Shown here piece by piece: positions 1-8,895 of a stretch of DNA of 64,000 nt. Positions within the stretch are counted from its first letter, which is position 1; each line of letters starts with the position of its first letter. Position numbers and translations under genes: made by a program. Origin of the DNA: an uncultured delta proteobacterium (GTDB lineage: Bacteria; Myxococcota; Kuafuiibacteriia; Kuafuiibacteriales; Kuafuiibacteriaceae); contig CAWDML010000009.1 in NCBI GenBank assembly GCA_963803435.1, positions 1,024,001 to 1,088,000 of the forward strand, read 5' to 3'. Below the pieces are notes generated by a model. The model searched no databases. It was not told the origin of the DNA and saw only the letters and a program-made list of their open reading frames with translations.

Positions 1-234
1 GTCATCTACAGCGAGTGGGAGACCAAGACCGGCCTGTGCATCCGCACCACGAAACCACTCGTCGGGACGGTCCTGTCCATCTACGACCAGACGGGCGAGC
101 AGATCTACGCGAATCGGAAGAGAACCCACGGTCGGACGATCGGAGGCTTCAGCGCTTTCGACATCGATGGGGCGCTGGAAGAGTGGATGCGCGGCTATGA
201 GCGGACGCTCCGGTTCCTGGTCACGAGGATCTGA
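1..234 (+). CDS. Partial hypothetical protein (3' end only)
   Basis: Frame 1 is open from the window edge (VIYSEWETKTG...FLVTRI) to TGA at 232-234; no motif recognised. Confidence 0.5.
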   Translation, partial: VIYSEWETKTGLCIRTTKPLVGTVLSIYDQTGEQIYANRKRTHGRTIGGFSAFDIDGALEEWMRGYERTLRFLVTRI

Positions 235-363
235 CCGCGGCGGTCGAGGTGACGTCTCCCTTTGGCGAAAGGAAGACGATGAACCCGAACGCTTCCCTCG
301 CAATCGAACCCGCACGCACGCGCCTTCCCAGCCTCTTCGACACCCCCGATCAGGTGCATGCTT

Positions 364-1641
364 TCACGCCCTTCGGGGCCCTTCGAGGTCAGGCCCGGTG
401 GGCGTCTGAGACGGTCGACCGTCGAGCCGTGCCAGCTGCGCCTCGAGCTGGATCCGCTCCGCGCGGTTCCGCGCGACAGCGCACGCCTGGACGAGGCTCG
501 CCCGCGCCTCGTCGATCCGGCCGAGCTCCGCGAGCAGCGTTCCGCGCACGAGGTGAACGTACGGATAGGCACCCGCCTCATCGAGGAGCGCGAGCCCGGC
601 CTCCAATCCCTCCGCCCGTGCGACCGCAAAAGCGCGGTTGACCCGAACGGCGGGCGTCGGGCGGTGCGCCTCGAGCATGTGGTACAGCGCAGCGATCTCC
701 ACCCAGTCCGTCTCCTCCGCGCGAGCCGCGCGGCAGTGCGTCGCCGAGATCGCCGCTTCGATCTGGAGCGGACCGGGACGACCCAGTGCGAGCGCCGTAT
801 CGAGGATCGTCATCGCGTGCGCGATGGCGGCCTGATCCCACCGGCTCCGATCCTGTTCGGGGAGCGGGACGACTCGACCCTCTCCATCGAGCCGGGCCGG
901 GCGCCGCGCATCGTGGAGCAGGACGAGCGCGAGGAGCGCCAGGACCTCCGGTTCGTCGGAGAACCCGTCCGCAAGCGAGCGCGAGAGCCCAATCGCGAGG
1001 CGGCAGAGATCGCCGCGGATCGGCGCGTCGTCGTCGCCCGACCAGTAGCCCTCGTTGAAAAGGAGGTGGATCACGCGAAGCACGGCGTCGAGCCGATCGC
1101 GCGCAGCGCTCCGGTGTCGTGCCCTCGGCGTCGCCCCGCTCGCGGAGCCGCTTGCGCGCCCGCGTGAGGCGCTGCTCCATCGAACGCGGTTCGACGACGA
1201 ACGCACGGGCGACCTCCTTCGGTCGAGAGGCCCGACCACAGTCGCGAGACAGAGCGCGGCGCTCTCACCCGGTTCGAGCGCCGGATGACAGCAAGCGAAC
1301 ACCAGCCGAAGGAGCTCGTCGTTCCACCCGCGCACCACGTCCGGCTCGCCGACGGCGACGCGCACCCAGGGGCTCATCTCCGCGAGCCGCTCGAGCGCGT
1401 CCGGCGTCTCGGAGCGACCGCGCCGGACGCGATCGCGGTGCGCGTTGGCGGCGACCGTGACCAGCCATGCCTCGGCAGAGTCCGGCGCGCCCCGTGCGGG
1501 CCAGCTCGAGAGCGCTCTCACCACCGCCTCCTGCACTGCGTCCTCCGCTTCGGGGAGGCTCCGCGTGAACGCGAGCGTCCGCGCGAGGACCCGGGGATAG
1601 ATCCGTCTGAGCACATCGCGCGTTCTGCTCACCTCTCCCAC
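364..1641 (-). CDS. ECF sigma factor with C-terminal TPR/DUF6596-type extension (ECF42-like); compensating indels at about 1110-1235
   Basis: AEDAVQEA..W..G.PD..EAWL, LRLVFACCHPAL, LLFNEGY and LPEQDRSRWD motifs; the region-4 segment MEQRLTRARKRLRE lies in another frame (578-1180); adjacent to a YciI gene. Confidence 0.85.
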   Translation of the reverse strand: MGEVSRTRDVLRRIYPRVLARTLAFTRSLPEAEDAVQEAVVRALSSWPARGAPDSAEAWLVTVAANAHRDRVRRGRSETPDALERLAEMSPWVRVAVGEPDVVRGWNDELLRLVFACCHPALEPGESAALCLATVVGPLDRRRSPVRSSSNRVRWSSASRGRASGSASGATPRARHRSAARDRLDAVLRVIHLLFNEGYWSGDDDAPIRGDLCRLAIGLSRSLADGFSDEPEVLALLALVLLHDARRPARLDGEGRVVPLPEQDRSRWDQAAIAHAMTILDTALALGRPGPLQIEAAISATHCRAARAEETDWVEIAALYHMLEAHRPTPAVRVNRAFAVARAEGLEAGLALLDEAGAYPYVHLVRGTLLAELGRIDEARASLVQACAVARNRAERIQLEAQLARLDGRPSQTPTGPDLEGPRRA

Positions 1642-1992
1642 CGCCAGGTCACCGGCCGGACCTCGATCGCGTGATCGTCGAGCGGGGCAGATCGCTCCGG
1701 GCGTACGTCGAGCGCCTCCTCTTCATCCACGCAGTCGATCGACGTAGAACCCGACGAGCCACTCCTTGGTGTCGATGTACGGGCCGTCGGTGATCTCGTG
1801 GGCCCCGCCGCCGGCGCGTACGGTCTTTGACGTCGGTACGCCGTCGAGCCTCGCCACTGCGTACAGATCGCCTCGCGCAGCGGTCTCCTTCTGCACCGCA
1901 CGGTGACCCGCGAGCGCCCGCTCCGACGCCTCGGCCGCCGGCTCGAGCGACGTCGTGCGGTAGATGAGCAGCGCGTACGACTGCTTCGTCAA
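1629..1992 (-). CDS. YciI/DGPF family protein (frameshifted near 1740)
   Basis: TDGPYIDTKEWLVGFY continues in a second frame as IDCVDEEEA...IEVRPV. Confidence 0.85.
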
Positions 1993-2309
1993 GCAGCCCC
2001 CTCGCGCAGCTCGTCGAGCCAGGCGCGCACCATGCTCGCCAGCCTATCCGCGATCCTCCTCCGTGAGAAAATGCCGGACCTCGAGCTTCTTCAGCCGCGT
2101 CCGGACCATGCGATGCAGCGCCGCCCTGTCGCGCGCGCCCCCGGGCCGATCGCGTTCCGGTACCCGAACGCCGACGTCGGATTCCCGTGGATGAACAGCA
2201 CCGGATCGCCGCGCCCTTCTTCCACGGAGTGGATCCGATGACCGAGCACGTCGGCGTACCTCGGCTCGAACGGAAACGCCGCAGGCGGCGACGCGCGACG
2301 GGCCTCCAT
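1989..2309 (-). pseudogene. Internally deleted haloalkane dehalogenase-like alpha/beta hydrolase
   Basis: N-terminus FPFEPRYADVLGHRIHSVEEGRGDPVLFIHGNPTS joins almost directly to a C-terminal-like RHFLTEED...MVRAWLDEL; the catalytic core is missing. Confidence 0.7.
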
Positions 2310-2310
2310 T

Positions 2311-2637
2311 TCAAGCCTTCTGCCAGAGCGCGATCGTCGCTCCGCCCGGATCACGCACGATCACGAACTCGCCGGCAGGCCCACGCGCCTTCTCCGCGAG
2401 CACCGTTGCCCCGAGCGTCTTCGCCTTCTTCGTGGCGGCGTCGACGTCCTCGACCTCCGCGTACGGGATCCAGCCGCCCGTCCCTTGTTCCTCGCCGACC
2501 CCCGCGAAGGGTCCCTTCTCCCCCGCGAACATCGTCATCCCGGGCGGACCGTCGGTACGCCTCCAGCCGAGGAGCGCCTCGTAGAACGCGACGGCGTCGC
2601 TCGGCTTCTTGCTGCTGTTGTGGAACCAGACGAACAT
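2311..2637 (-). CDS. VOC/glyoxalase family protein
   Basis: AVAFYEALLGW, WIPYAEVEDVDAA, IVRDPGGATIALWQ; SD AAGGAG upstream. Confidence 0.9.
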   Translation of the reverse strand: MFVWFHNSSKKPSDAVAFYEALLGWRRTDGPPGMTMFAGEKGPFAGVGEEQGTGGWIPYAEVEDVDAATKKAKTLGATVLAEKARGPAGEFVIVRDPGGATIALWQKA

Positions 2638-2687
2638 GGGTGTTCTCCTTCTTTGTGGGTGACGCCGCCGGACGTCATCGAGACAGA

Positions 2688-2714
2688 GACGAACGAGGTC
2701 GCCCGCTCACGACA
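2688..2714 (-). promoter_or_regulatory. Putative ECF42-type promoter TGTCGT-N17-CGTC
   Basis: Close to the reported ECF42 consensus (TGTCGA / CG(A/T)C); lies upstream of the VOC-hydrolase-YciI-sigma operon. Confidence 0.6.
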
Positions 2715-2723
2715 GGCGGAGTC

Positions 2724-2750
2724 GAAAAAGGCGGATCCAGAGGCCCGCCT
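2724..2750 (-). terminator. Possible intrinsic terminator
   Basis: Minus strand AGGCGGG-loop-TCCGCCT followed by TTTT. Confidence 0.4.
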
Positions 2751-2760
2751 CAAAACCGGC

Positions 2761-2793
2761 CCGTCTCGTCCCAGCGATTCTTGGGACGGACGG
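2761..2793. repeat. Inverted repeat / hairpin
   Basis: CCGTC(T)CGTCCCA-N8-TGGGACGGACGG, a 12-bp stem with one bulge. Confidence 0.6.
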
Positions 2794-3005
2794 ACCTTCG
2801 GAGGGCACCGACAGGGGTTCTGCAATCGTCCTCGAGGGCCCTTGCGCCCGCAGACGCAAGCCCTGAGCTTGCGCTCCGAGGCGGATCTCTGAGCCTGCTG
2901 CGGGGTGTCAGGGTCGCGTTGGCGTGGTCGAGATTGAGGGCGAGCGAAGCATCGCGCTCCCGAGTCTTGCTCACCGAGGATGGCGTCGACCGCCGCCGGC
3001 CAGGC

Positions 3006-4055
3006 TCAGGGGGTAATCGGTACCTCGACGGTGACGTCACCGGTGGCCGGGACGCTGAAGGTCGCCAGGGCGACGCTGGACGTGGGACACAGCTCGGCCA
3101 CGGTCGGGGGCGTCTCACCTCCCCCACCGAAGTTGTGGACGCAGTAGGCGTGGCCCGACCCGTCATCCATGCAGTCGGGCGGAAGCTGGGTTTCAAAGGC
3201 GATCTGAACCGTCCGCGGGCCGGGGCTGACCGGGACTCGCTGGCCCAGCGTCTCTTCGGCGAGACCCAGCCCCGGCCAGCCTCGTGAGGCGCAGTCGACA
3301 GGGTGCGTGTACGTGTCCAGCCGGCGGGCGTCCCAGGTGATCTCGTAGGAGCCGCCAGGGGCGAGACGTTGGAGCTGGTCCGGCCCGGGCGGGCCGGGGT
3401 TGGCGCATTCGCAGAGACACTGGAAGGCGAGGGCGATCGGAACGCCCGGATCGAGCGGCGTGCAGTACCAACCCGAGGTGACGACGTAGATGTCCGAGAG
3501 GAGGTCGTTCTGGATCCGGAACGTGATGGTCTGCGTGGAAGGGGCGTCGGGTCTCGGTCCGTAACCGCGAACAGGGATGGCGTAGACAGACTTCGATGCG
3601 TCGTTGGATGAGATGTTTAGCGTGGTCTCGAAAGCGCCCGCGGACGGAGGCGCGAAGTCGATGGTCCACTCGGTCTGCTGACCCGGTTGGAGCACCGGTG
3701 TCGTCGGCGGCGTCTGGAGAGAGAAGACCGTGGCGTCGGCGAGCGAGACGGACTGGATTTGGCATGCCGACATCCCGGCATTCTCGACCCGGAGGTTGAG
3801 GCTCGAGGTTTGACCCACCGGCACCAGGCCGAAGTCCAAGGGTTCGTCGAGAGCCATGAGGATGCAGCCCTCGAACCCGGCATCGAAGGCACCGGAGTCG
3901 GCGGGACCGGCGTCCTGGTCGGCCGCGTCCGCGAGCGATCCTGCGTCGCGGCTGGATGGGACCTCGAGGGGATGGTCGATCACGTCGACGCTGCAGGCCG
4001 AGAGGAGCAGGACGAGAGAGAGTGGCCGCAGGATGGGAGTTGTCGTGGCTCGCAT
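3006..4055 (-). CDS. Lipoprotein with Ig-like (choice-of-anchor D/ASH-like) domain and Cys-rich C-terminal domain
   Basis: Lipobox LLSAC; DAG repeats; LDFGLVPVGQ...VENAG...F.P...G.F...L.ISSND pattern. Confidence 0.8.
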   Translation of the reverse strand: MRATTTPILRPLSLVLLLSACSVDVIDHPLEVPSSRDAGSLADAADQDAGPADSGAFDAGFEGCILMALDEPLDFGLVPVGQTSSLNLRVENAGMSACQIQSVSLADATVFSLQTPPTTPVLQPGQQTEWTIDFAPPSAGAFETTLNISSNDASKSVYAIPVRGYGPRPDAPSTQTITFRIQNDLLSDIYVVTSGWYCTPLDPGVPIALAFQCLCECANPGPPGPDQLQRLAPGGSYEITWDARRLDTYTHPVDCASRGWPGLGLAEETLGQRVPVSPGPRTVQIAFETQLPPDCMDDGSGHAYCVHNFGGGGETPPTVAELCPTSSVALATFSVPATGDVTVEVPITP

Positions 4056-4060
4056 TCCGT

Positions 4061-4090
4061 GATCACCCGTGGAGGCGGTCCGAGTTTCCT
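4061..4090 (-). promoter_or_regulatory. ECF promoter AGGAAACTC-N14-GGTGATC (copy 1)
   Basis: Same bipartite motif and spacing as at 5771-5800; ends 5 nt before the ATG at 4055. Confidence 0.75.
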
Positions 4091-4095
4091 ACAAA

Positions 4096-5224
4096 TCAGC
4101 GGCCGCTCTGCTCGCAGGCCTGGAGGTAGGCATCGACCTGGGGTCCGTAGCGCCCGGGGCCAAAGCGGCGTTGGTGGGCCCGCCAATGACGGCAGGCCTC
4201 GCCAGGCGCCGCGAGCTTCTTCTCGAGGAGCTCGCCCCGCTCGAAGCTGAGGACCTCGGCGGCCTGCGATTCCAGAGGGGCCTCCAAGAGCTGGGCAATG
4301 AGGCGGGCCGCGCGTTGGTAGCGGCGGTTCGCGCGAAGGATCGTGACCTGTTCCACGGCCCGGGCCGTCTCCGCCGTGGACCACTGGGCGGGCGCAATGG
4401 TCTCATCGCGCCAGACCTCTCTCGGGCGCCGATCGACCGACCCCGCGCCGGGATCGACCGTCCGAATCGAAGCGGCTTCGAAGCGGCGCGGGGACCGAGG
4501 ACGGGGGCCGCCTTTCGGCCCGAAGGCCCTTCGGAGGTGAGGTCGTCGCCGAATGCTTCGAGCGCGTGAGCTCGGCCGTCGCTCCGCTCGGGTCCTCGGG
4601 TGGAGGGGATGGGATCGGTGGACTCGCGCCCCACTCCAGGGTCTCGCCAGGGCGAAGCCGCGATCGGCCCCCGTCCCTGCGCAGGAAGTCGAGGTGGCCT
4701 TCTTCCAGGGTGACGCGGCCGCCCCGGCCTCGCTCGGTGACGGTAAACCGGGTGCCGATGACCTCGATCCGGCCCCCGGAGACCAGGACGCTCACTGGGC
4801 GCCTGACGTTGGCGACCTGAAACGAGACTCGACCGCGCACGATCCGGATGCCGTCCTCGGTGTTTAACAGCGCGCTGGGCTCCAGCGTCTGCATCACCAG
4901 CTCCGGCTCCGAAACGGTGAGGGTGCAGCCGGGCTCGACCTGAAGCTGCGCTCGAAGCTCTGGGGGCGCGCAAGATTCGGGTACGAACGTGATTCCGGAG
5001 GCGATCGCTGCTGGGACGGGCGCGGCCGCTTGGGATCCGGCTCTCACCAAGATGACCCCGATCCCGGCCGCCGCGATCGCGCCGGCGAGGACGGGGAGGG
5101 AAGGTCCACGCTTGCGCACCGACCTTGCGAAGCGGGCGTCCAGGGCGGGGGAGGGACGGGCATCGGCCAGCGCCGCATCCGCCTCCTTGAGAGCGTCGAT
5201 GAAGCTCGGCCGACGCTCAGACAT
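4096..5224 (-). CDS. FecR-domain anti-sigma factor with C-terminal helical domain (frameshifted at about 4430-4520)
   Basis: TM segment, then RGRVSFQV...V.VSGGRIEVIGTRFTV...V.LEEG; helical C-terminus (CRHW..H.RRF..GRY) lies in the 4096-4356 frame. Confidence 0.8.
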
Positions 5225-5762
5225 CGGGCACCTCGTAGCCCCTCGAACGCACGCGCTCGGTCGCCCGGTGGATCAGCTTCGACACGTATCCCTTCGAGTG
5301 GCCCAACGTCTCGGCGATCTCATTTTGGCTCTTGCCCTCGAGGTGGAGCATCGTGAATGCGATCCGCTCCTTCGGGGGCAGGCTGTCGACGACCTCGAGG
5401 GTACGCCGGAGCTCGCTCCGGGCTTCGAGCTGGGGCGTGAGCTCGGCCGCGCCCCGACCGAGGCCGAGGATGGAGAGAACGGATCGACGGAAGCGGGCTC
5501 GCTCGAGATGAGAGAGGCACCGATTGGCGGTGACCCGGTAGAACCACCCGGACAGCTGCTCCTCGTCGTCGAGGCGATCGAGGGCGCTCATCAGGCGCAG
5601 GAACACGTCATGGGTCACATCTTCCGCGATGGCCGTGTTCCCCGCGCAGTAGCGGAGCGCGATCCGATAGACGCTGTTGCGATGCCGAGCGTAGAGGCGC
5701 TCGACACGAACGGCTCGGTCCTCGACCGCGGTCGGGATGGCTTCCACGACGCCCACACCCAT
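5217..5762 (-). CDS. ECF RNA polymerase sigma factor
   Basis: AEDVTHDVFLRL, WFYRVTANRC, LPPKERIAF...EGKSQNEIAETLG; start chosen at ATG 5762 just downstream of the promoter motif. Confidence 0.9.
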   Translation of the reverse strand: MGVGVVEAIPTAVEDRAVRVERLYARHRNSVYRIALRYCAGNTAIAEDVTHDVFLRLMSALDRLDDEEQLSGWFYRVTANRCLSHLERARFRRSVLSILGLGRGAAELTPQLEARSELRRTLEVVDSLPPKERIAFTMLHLEGKSQNEIAETLGHSKGYVSKLIHRATERVRSRGYEVPDV

Positions 5763-5770
5763 CCGACGCC

Positions 5771-5800
5771 GATCACCGCCGAGGACCTCGAGAGTTTCCT
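5771..5800 (-). promoter_or_regulatory. ECF promoter AGGAAACTC-N14-GGTGATC (copy 2, probably autoregulatory)
   Basis: Repeat of the 4061-4090 motif; ends 8 nt before the sigma ATG. Confidence 0.75.
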
Positions 5801-5827
5801 CGAAGCGGATCCTTTCTTCCCTGGGCC

Positions 5828-6904
5828 TCAAAACGTTCCCTCGTAGGCCAGTCCCAGCGAGCCCGACAGGCGGGCCGCCCCCCGGGACCACAGGATGGTC
5901 TCCCCCTGGGTATGGCGCCGGCTTCGGGCATCGAGCCCAGGGACGACCTCGAGCTCCACGGCGAGCGGATAGAGGAATCGCCAGGAGAGGCCTATCGGAA
6001 AATCAAGGGTGAAATCGAGCTTTTGTCCGGATTCGCTCCCGGCGTAGGCGTAGCGGTGCATGTGGATCCCTGCCCGGCCGCTCAGCTGGACCATCCACGA
6101 CTCGCCCAGCGGGATGCGGATGCTGGGGCCCGCGACCAGCTGTATCTCCAGGGCATGGATGGGGCCGCCGGAGGCGGGCTCGAGAAGGGCATCCAGACGC
6201 GCGCCGAGCCACCCGCCGGCGAGGTCGACGCCGAAGGTGACGAAGGGATCGAGGGCGGCCGAGCGGGCCTCGGCGCCGCCCGCAGCGCGGAGCCGCCACG
6301 AGAAGCCCGGGCCGACCACGGTCGTCTCGGATTTGGGGACGGAGGGCGCTTCGGCTCGGGTGAACAGGGCTCTGATGGTCCGAGCGACGGGGCCTGCCGC
6401 CTCCGGTTTGCAATCGCCGCCGGGGTCGCCCAAGCCCAGAGTGAGGCCGTCGGGCGGGGCCGCCACGCAAAGGCGTGCGCGGGCCCGGGTGGCGGTCCCG
6501 GTGAGCCCGAAACCGGCCTCGAGCACCCCGAGGGCGATTTGACCCCGCACGGCCAGCGACACGGGGCCGACCATCTCGAGGAACAAGAGCGACACCGTGC
6601 TCGTCTGCGCGGTGGCGCCGGCCGCTTCCAGCGCGAGCGTCGCCCGCTGAAGGACCTCGAGCTCCGCGACGGCGTGCGACGGCGCGCGGATGTCATAGCG
6701 GACGGTCGAGGCCCCGTCGGCGCGCACCCAAAGCGAGGTGCCCGAGCCCCCGACCGACAGCTGCTGGGGGGCGGGTACGCTCCCTGGGAGCACGTCGTAG
6801 CCGTCGTCCACGAGACGAAGCACCACTCGGGATCCGAGCTCACCCTCCGGAACCTCCACGGCGACGCCGCCCGCCAAAAGACCGATGGCGAGTCCGGCCC
6901 ACAC
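5828..6904 (-). CDS. Hypothetical exported protein with C-terminal beta-barrel-like region
   Basis: Hydrophobic N-terminus from GTG 6904 (start uncertain); amphipathic beta strands; ends GLAYEGTF. Confidence 0.6.
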   Translation of the reverse strand: MWAGLAIGLLAGGVAVEVPEGELGSRVVLRLVDDGYDVLPGSVPAPQQLSVGGSGTSLWVRADGASTVRYDIRAPSHAVAELEVLQRATLALEAAGATAQTSTVSLLFLEMVGPVSLAVRGQIALGVLEAGFGLTGTATRARARLCVAAPPDGLTLGLGDPGGDCKPEAAGPVARTIRALFTRAEAPSVPKSETTVVGPGFSWRLRAAGGAEARSAALDPFVTFGVDLAGGWLGARLDALLEPASGGPIHALEIQLVAGPSIRIPLGESWMVQLSGRAGIHMHRYAYAGSESGQKLDFTLDFPIGLSWRFLYPLAVELEVVPGLDARSRRHTQGETILWSRGAARLSGSLGLAYEGTF

Positions 6905-7235
6905 GTCGGGCCTGTCTACCCACGATCGGGTCGAGATGTCAGCCCACCCGTCGTGGGCGCGGGCACCGGCGGGTCCAGACCTGGCGGTGCTCGCAAAGAG
7001 GCCGTGGTGCTTTGCGTACGTTCCTCGCGATCCCCGCCGATCAGCTTGGACGACCTGATCAGGACAAGCGGGCCGCCGGAAGACCTCAGGACATCGCGGG
7101 TGCTGCGTGCCACAGTCCTCGCAGTCCTCCGGGCGGCGCTCGCCTCCTCTCCGGTTGTCCATGGGGTGGACGAAGCTCTCCTGCGGGCCGCGGCAGTGCC
7201 GACCTCGCCGGGCACCGTCGCGCGAGGGTCCAGAT

Positions 7236-7281
7236 TCGGACGTTTCGAACCATCATCGGACGAAGCCGGACGAAGTCGGAC
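7236..7281. repeat. Helically phased (T/C)CGGAC direct repeats
   Basis: TCGGAC 7236, TCGAAC 7245, TCGGAC 7256, CCGGAC 7266, TCGGAC 7276. Confidence 0.7.
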
Positions 7282-7708
7282 AAATCATGGCTAGGGACTG
7301 ATCAGTGCAGTGGTCCGTCCCTTGCTCGAGGAGCGGCGATGCATGCTCGTCGGGACCAACTCTTCGCGATACTGCCCACAGGTGGCCCTTGGCTGCGGTG
7401 GTCTTGACGGCCGTCTTAGCTAAACGACGAGCCGGACCTGTTCGAGGAGAGCCTTCGAGAGCAGCTCCATCACCGTTGGTGAGACGGGTGGTTCACTTTG
7501 CTCAACCTGCATCTCCAGGGCTCGTCGAATTGCTCCGCACCTACGAATGAGTGGGTCGAGAGGCGGGCCAAGGGTCGCGAGATAGTCCTCGATCGAGCAC
7601 CGGGTTTCGAGCGAGCGTAGCGATGAACCGGATGCCGCGCGATGTCCCGGGGATCGAGTACCACCTCGTCACGCGCGGAGCGAAGACCATGGACCCCTTC
7701 GGCACCGC

Positions 7709-8584
7709 TCACAGCAGGCCGTGCAGCTGAGGGCCCGCAACGGAGAAGGGCCACCGCAACCCGGGTGAGCCCGCGCCCGCAAGGCACTCGGCGTACGTCG
7801 GATCGTTTCGGATCGCTTGTGCCGTTTCTTCGGGCGTACGCAGGGAGCCGTCGGGGTTCGCGGCGAGGTTGCAGGGCGTGAGGCCCAGCTCCGCCTCGAC
7901 GCGAGCCTGCACGGTTGCCGCCAGGGTCTCGTTCCAGAGGAGCGCATCCGCAGCCGCATCTTCGGGGGTCGGCCCGGCCTGTCGCATCGATTCGACGATC
8001 TTCTGCACCAGCCCGTGGGTCATCTCGTGCGCCAGCACGCTGGCGATGCCTTTGGGGTCGTCGCCGAACACGTTGGCGACGAGCAGGTGCGGTCGGCCGT
8101 CCTCGGTCTCGGTGCAGCCCGCTGCGGCGAACTCGGTTCCGAAGGTACGCTTGAACGCCTCGTCCGTCACCGCCTCGGTCTCCCCCGAGAGCCCCTGGAA
8201 CCGTTCGATGAGGAGACGGCCGCGCGGCGTGGAGGCAAGCGCGTTCAGCGCCTTCACGAGCAGGGCGCGTCCATCGGCAGGTCCGCCGGGACGCAGCCCT
8301 GTGTCGAAGAAGGTCTGGATCTCGCGGATGCTCGACTGAGACGAGGCGAGCAGCGCCGGGTTACGGAGCCCGAGCCGGGCGAGGCCGAGCATCCACTCGT
8401 CCGGGCGGAGACGGGACGTATCCCCGTCGACGTCGACACCGCCCCACTCCGGAGCGTTGGCGACGAAGCCGAGTTGCGCCGTGGCAGGTTGAGTCGCCCA
8501 TAGGCCTCGGAGGTTTATGGTGCGCAGACGACCGCCCTCGCTCGGACCCCTTATCGACCGAAACGAAGGGCCGGTTGCGGACAT
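7709..8584 (-). CDS. Hypothetical protein with HExxH zincin-like motif
   Basis: VLAHEMTHG followed by WNETLA; SD AGGAG upstream. Confidence 0.6.
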   Translation of the reverse strand: MSATGPSFRSIRGPSEGGRLRTINLRGLWATQPATAQLGFVANAPEWGGVDVDGDTSRLRPDEWMLGLARLGLRNPALLASSQSSIREIQTFFDTGLRPGGPADGRALLVKALNALASTPRGRLLIERFQGLSGETEAVTDEAFKRTFGTEFAAAGCTETEDGRPHLLVANVFGDDPKGIASVLAHEMTHGLVQKIVESMRQAGPTPEDAAADALLWNETLAATVQARVEAELGLTPCNLAANPDGSLRTPEETAQAIRNDPTYAECLAGAGSPGLRWPFSVAGPQLHGLL

Positions 8585-8617
8585 CGCGGTCTTGTACTCC
8601 TGTCGTCACGTCGCGGA

Positions 8618-8780
8618 GCCGAAAAACAGAAAGAGGTCAGGCAGGCTCTGGAGAGCGTTCTCTCGACAGGGATAGTGTTCAAACCCACTCGGCCTCTGCT
8701 ACCGCGTGAGCGGGGCGTTGGCGCCAATTGTTGGGAACAACATTGCTTTCCGGGATTGGATCGAGTTGACGTCCCCAAGG
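8618..8780 (+). pseudogene. Relic 3' end of a large serine recombinase gene
   Basis: EVRQALESVLSTGIVFKP / YRVSGALA resembles ETARRILEQVIDGGLTFTP...FRIEGNLS of the downstream recombinase and ends at the same att core. Confidence 0.5.
8769..8780 (+). repeat. Putative att core ACGTCCCCAAGG (left end of the element)
   Basis: 12-bp direct repeat of 13432-13443, which is the tRNA-Glu 3' end. Confidence 0.65.
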
Positions 8781-8895
8781 CAGCTTGACCAGCTCGCCAG
8801 TTTCCGATTCCGACATTGAAGCGCTCTTGGGCCAGCTAATGGGGAAGGGTAGGCGGCCGACGCCTCTCTTCGCCTGACGCTTCAGGAGTACGATT

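Noticed and set aside
2761-2793. Third att core (CGTCCCA)
   Set aside because: The match to the tRNA 3' end is too short. It is better described as a simple hairpin.
7236-7281. CRISPR-like array
   Set aside because: The units are only 6-9 bp with 10-bp periodicity, with no spacers or cas genes.
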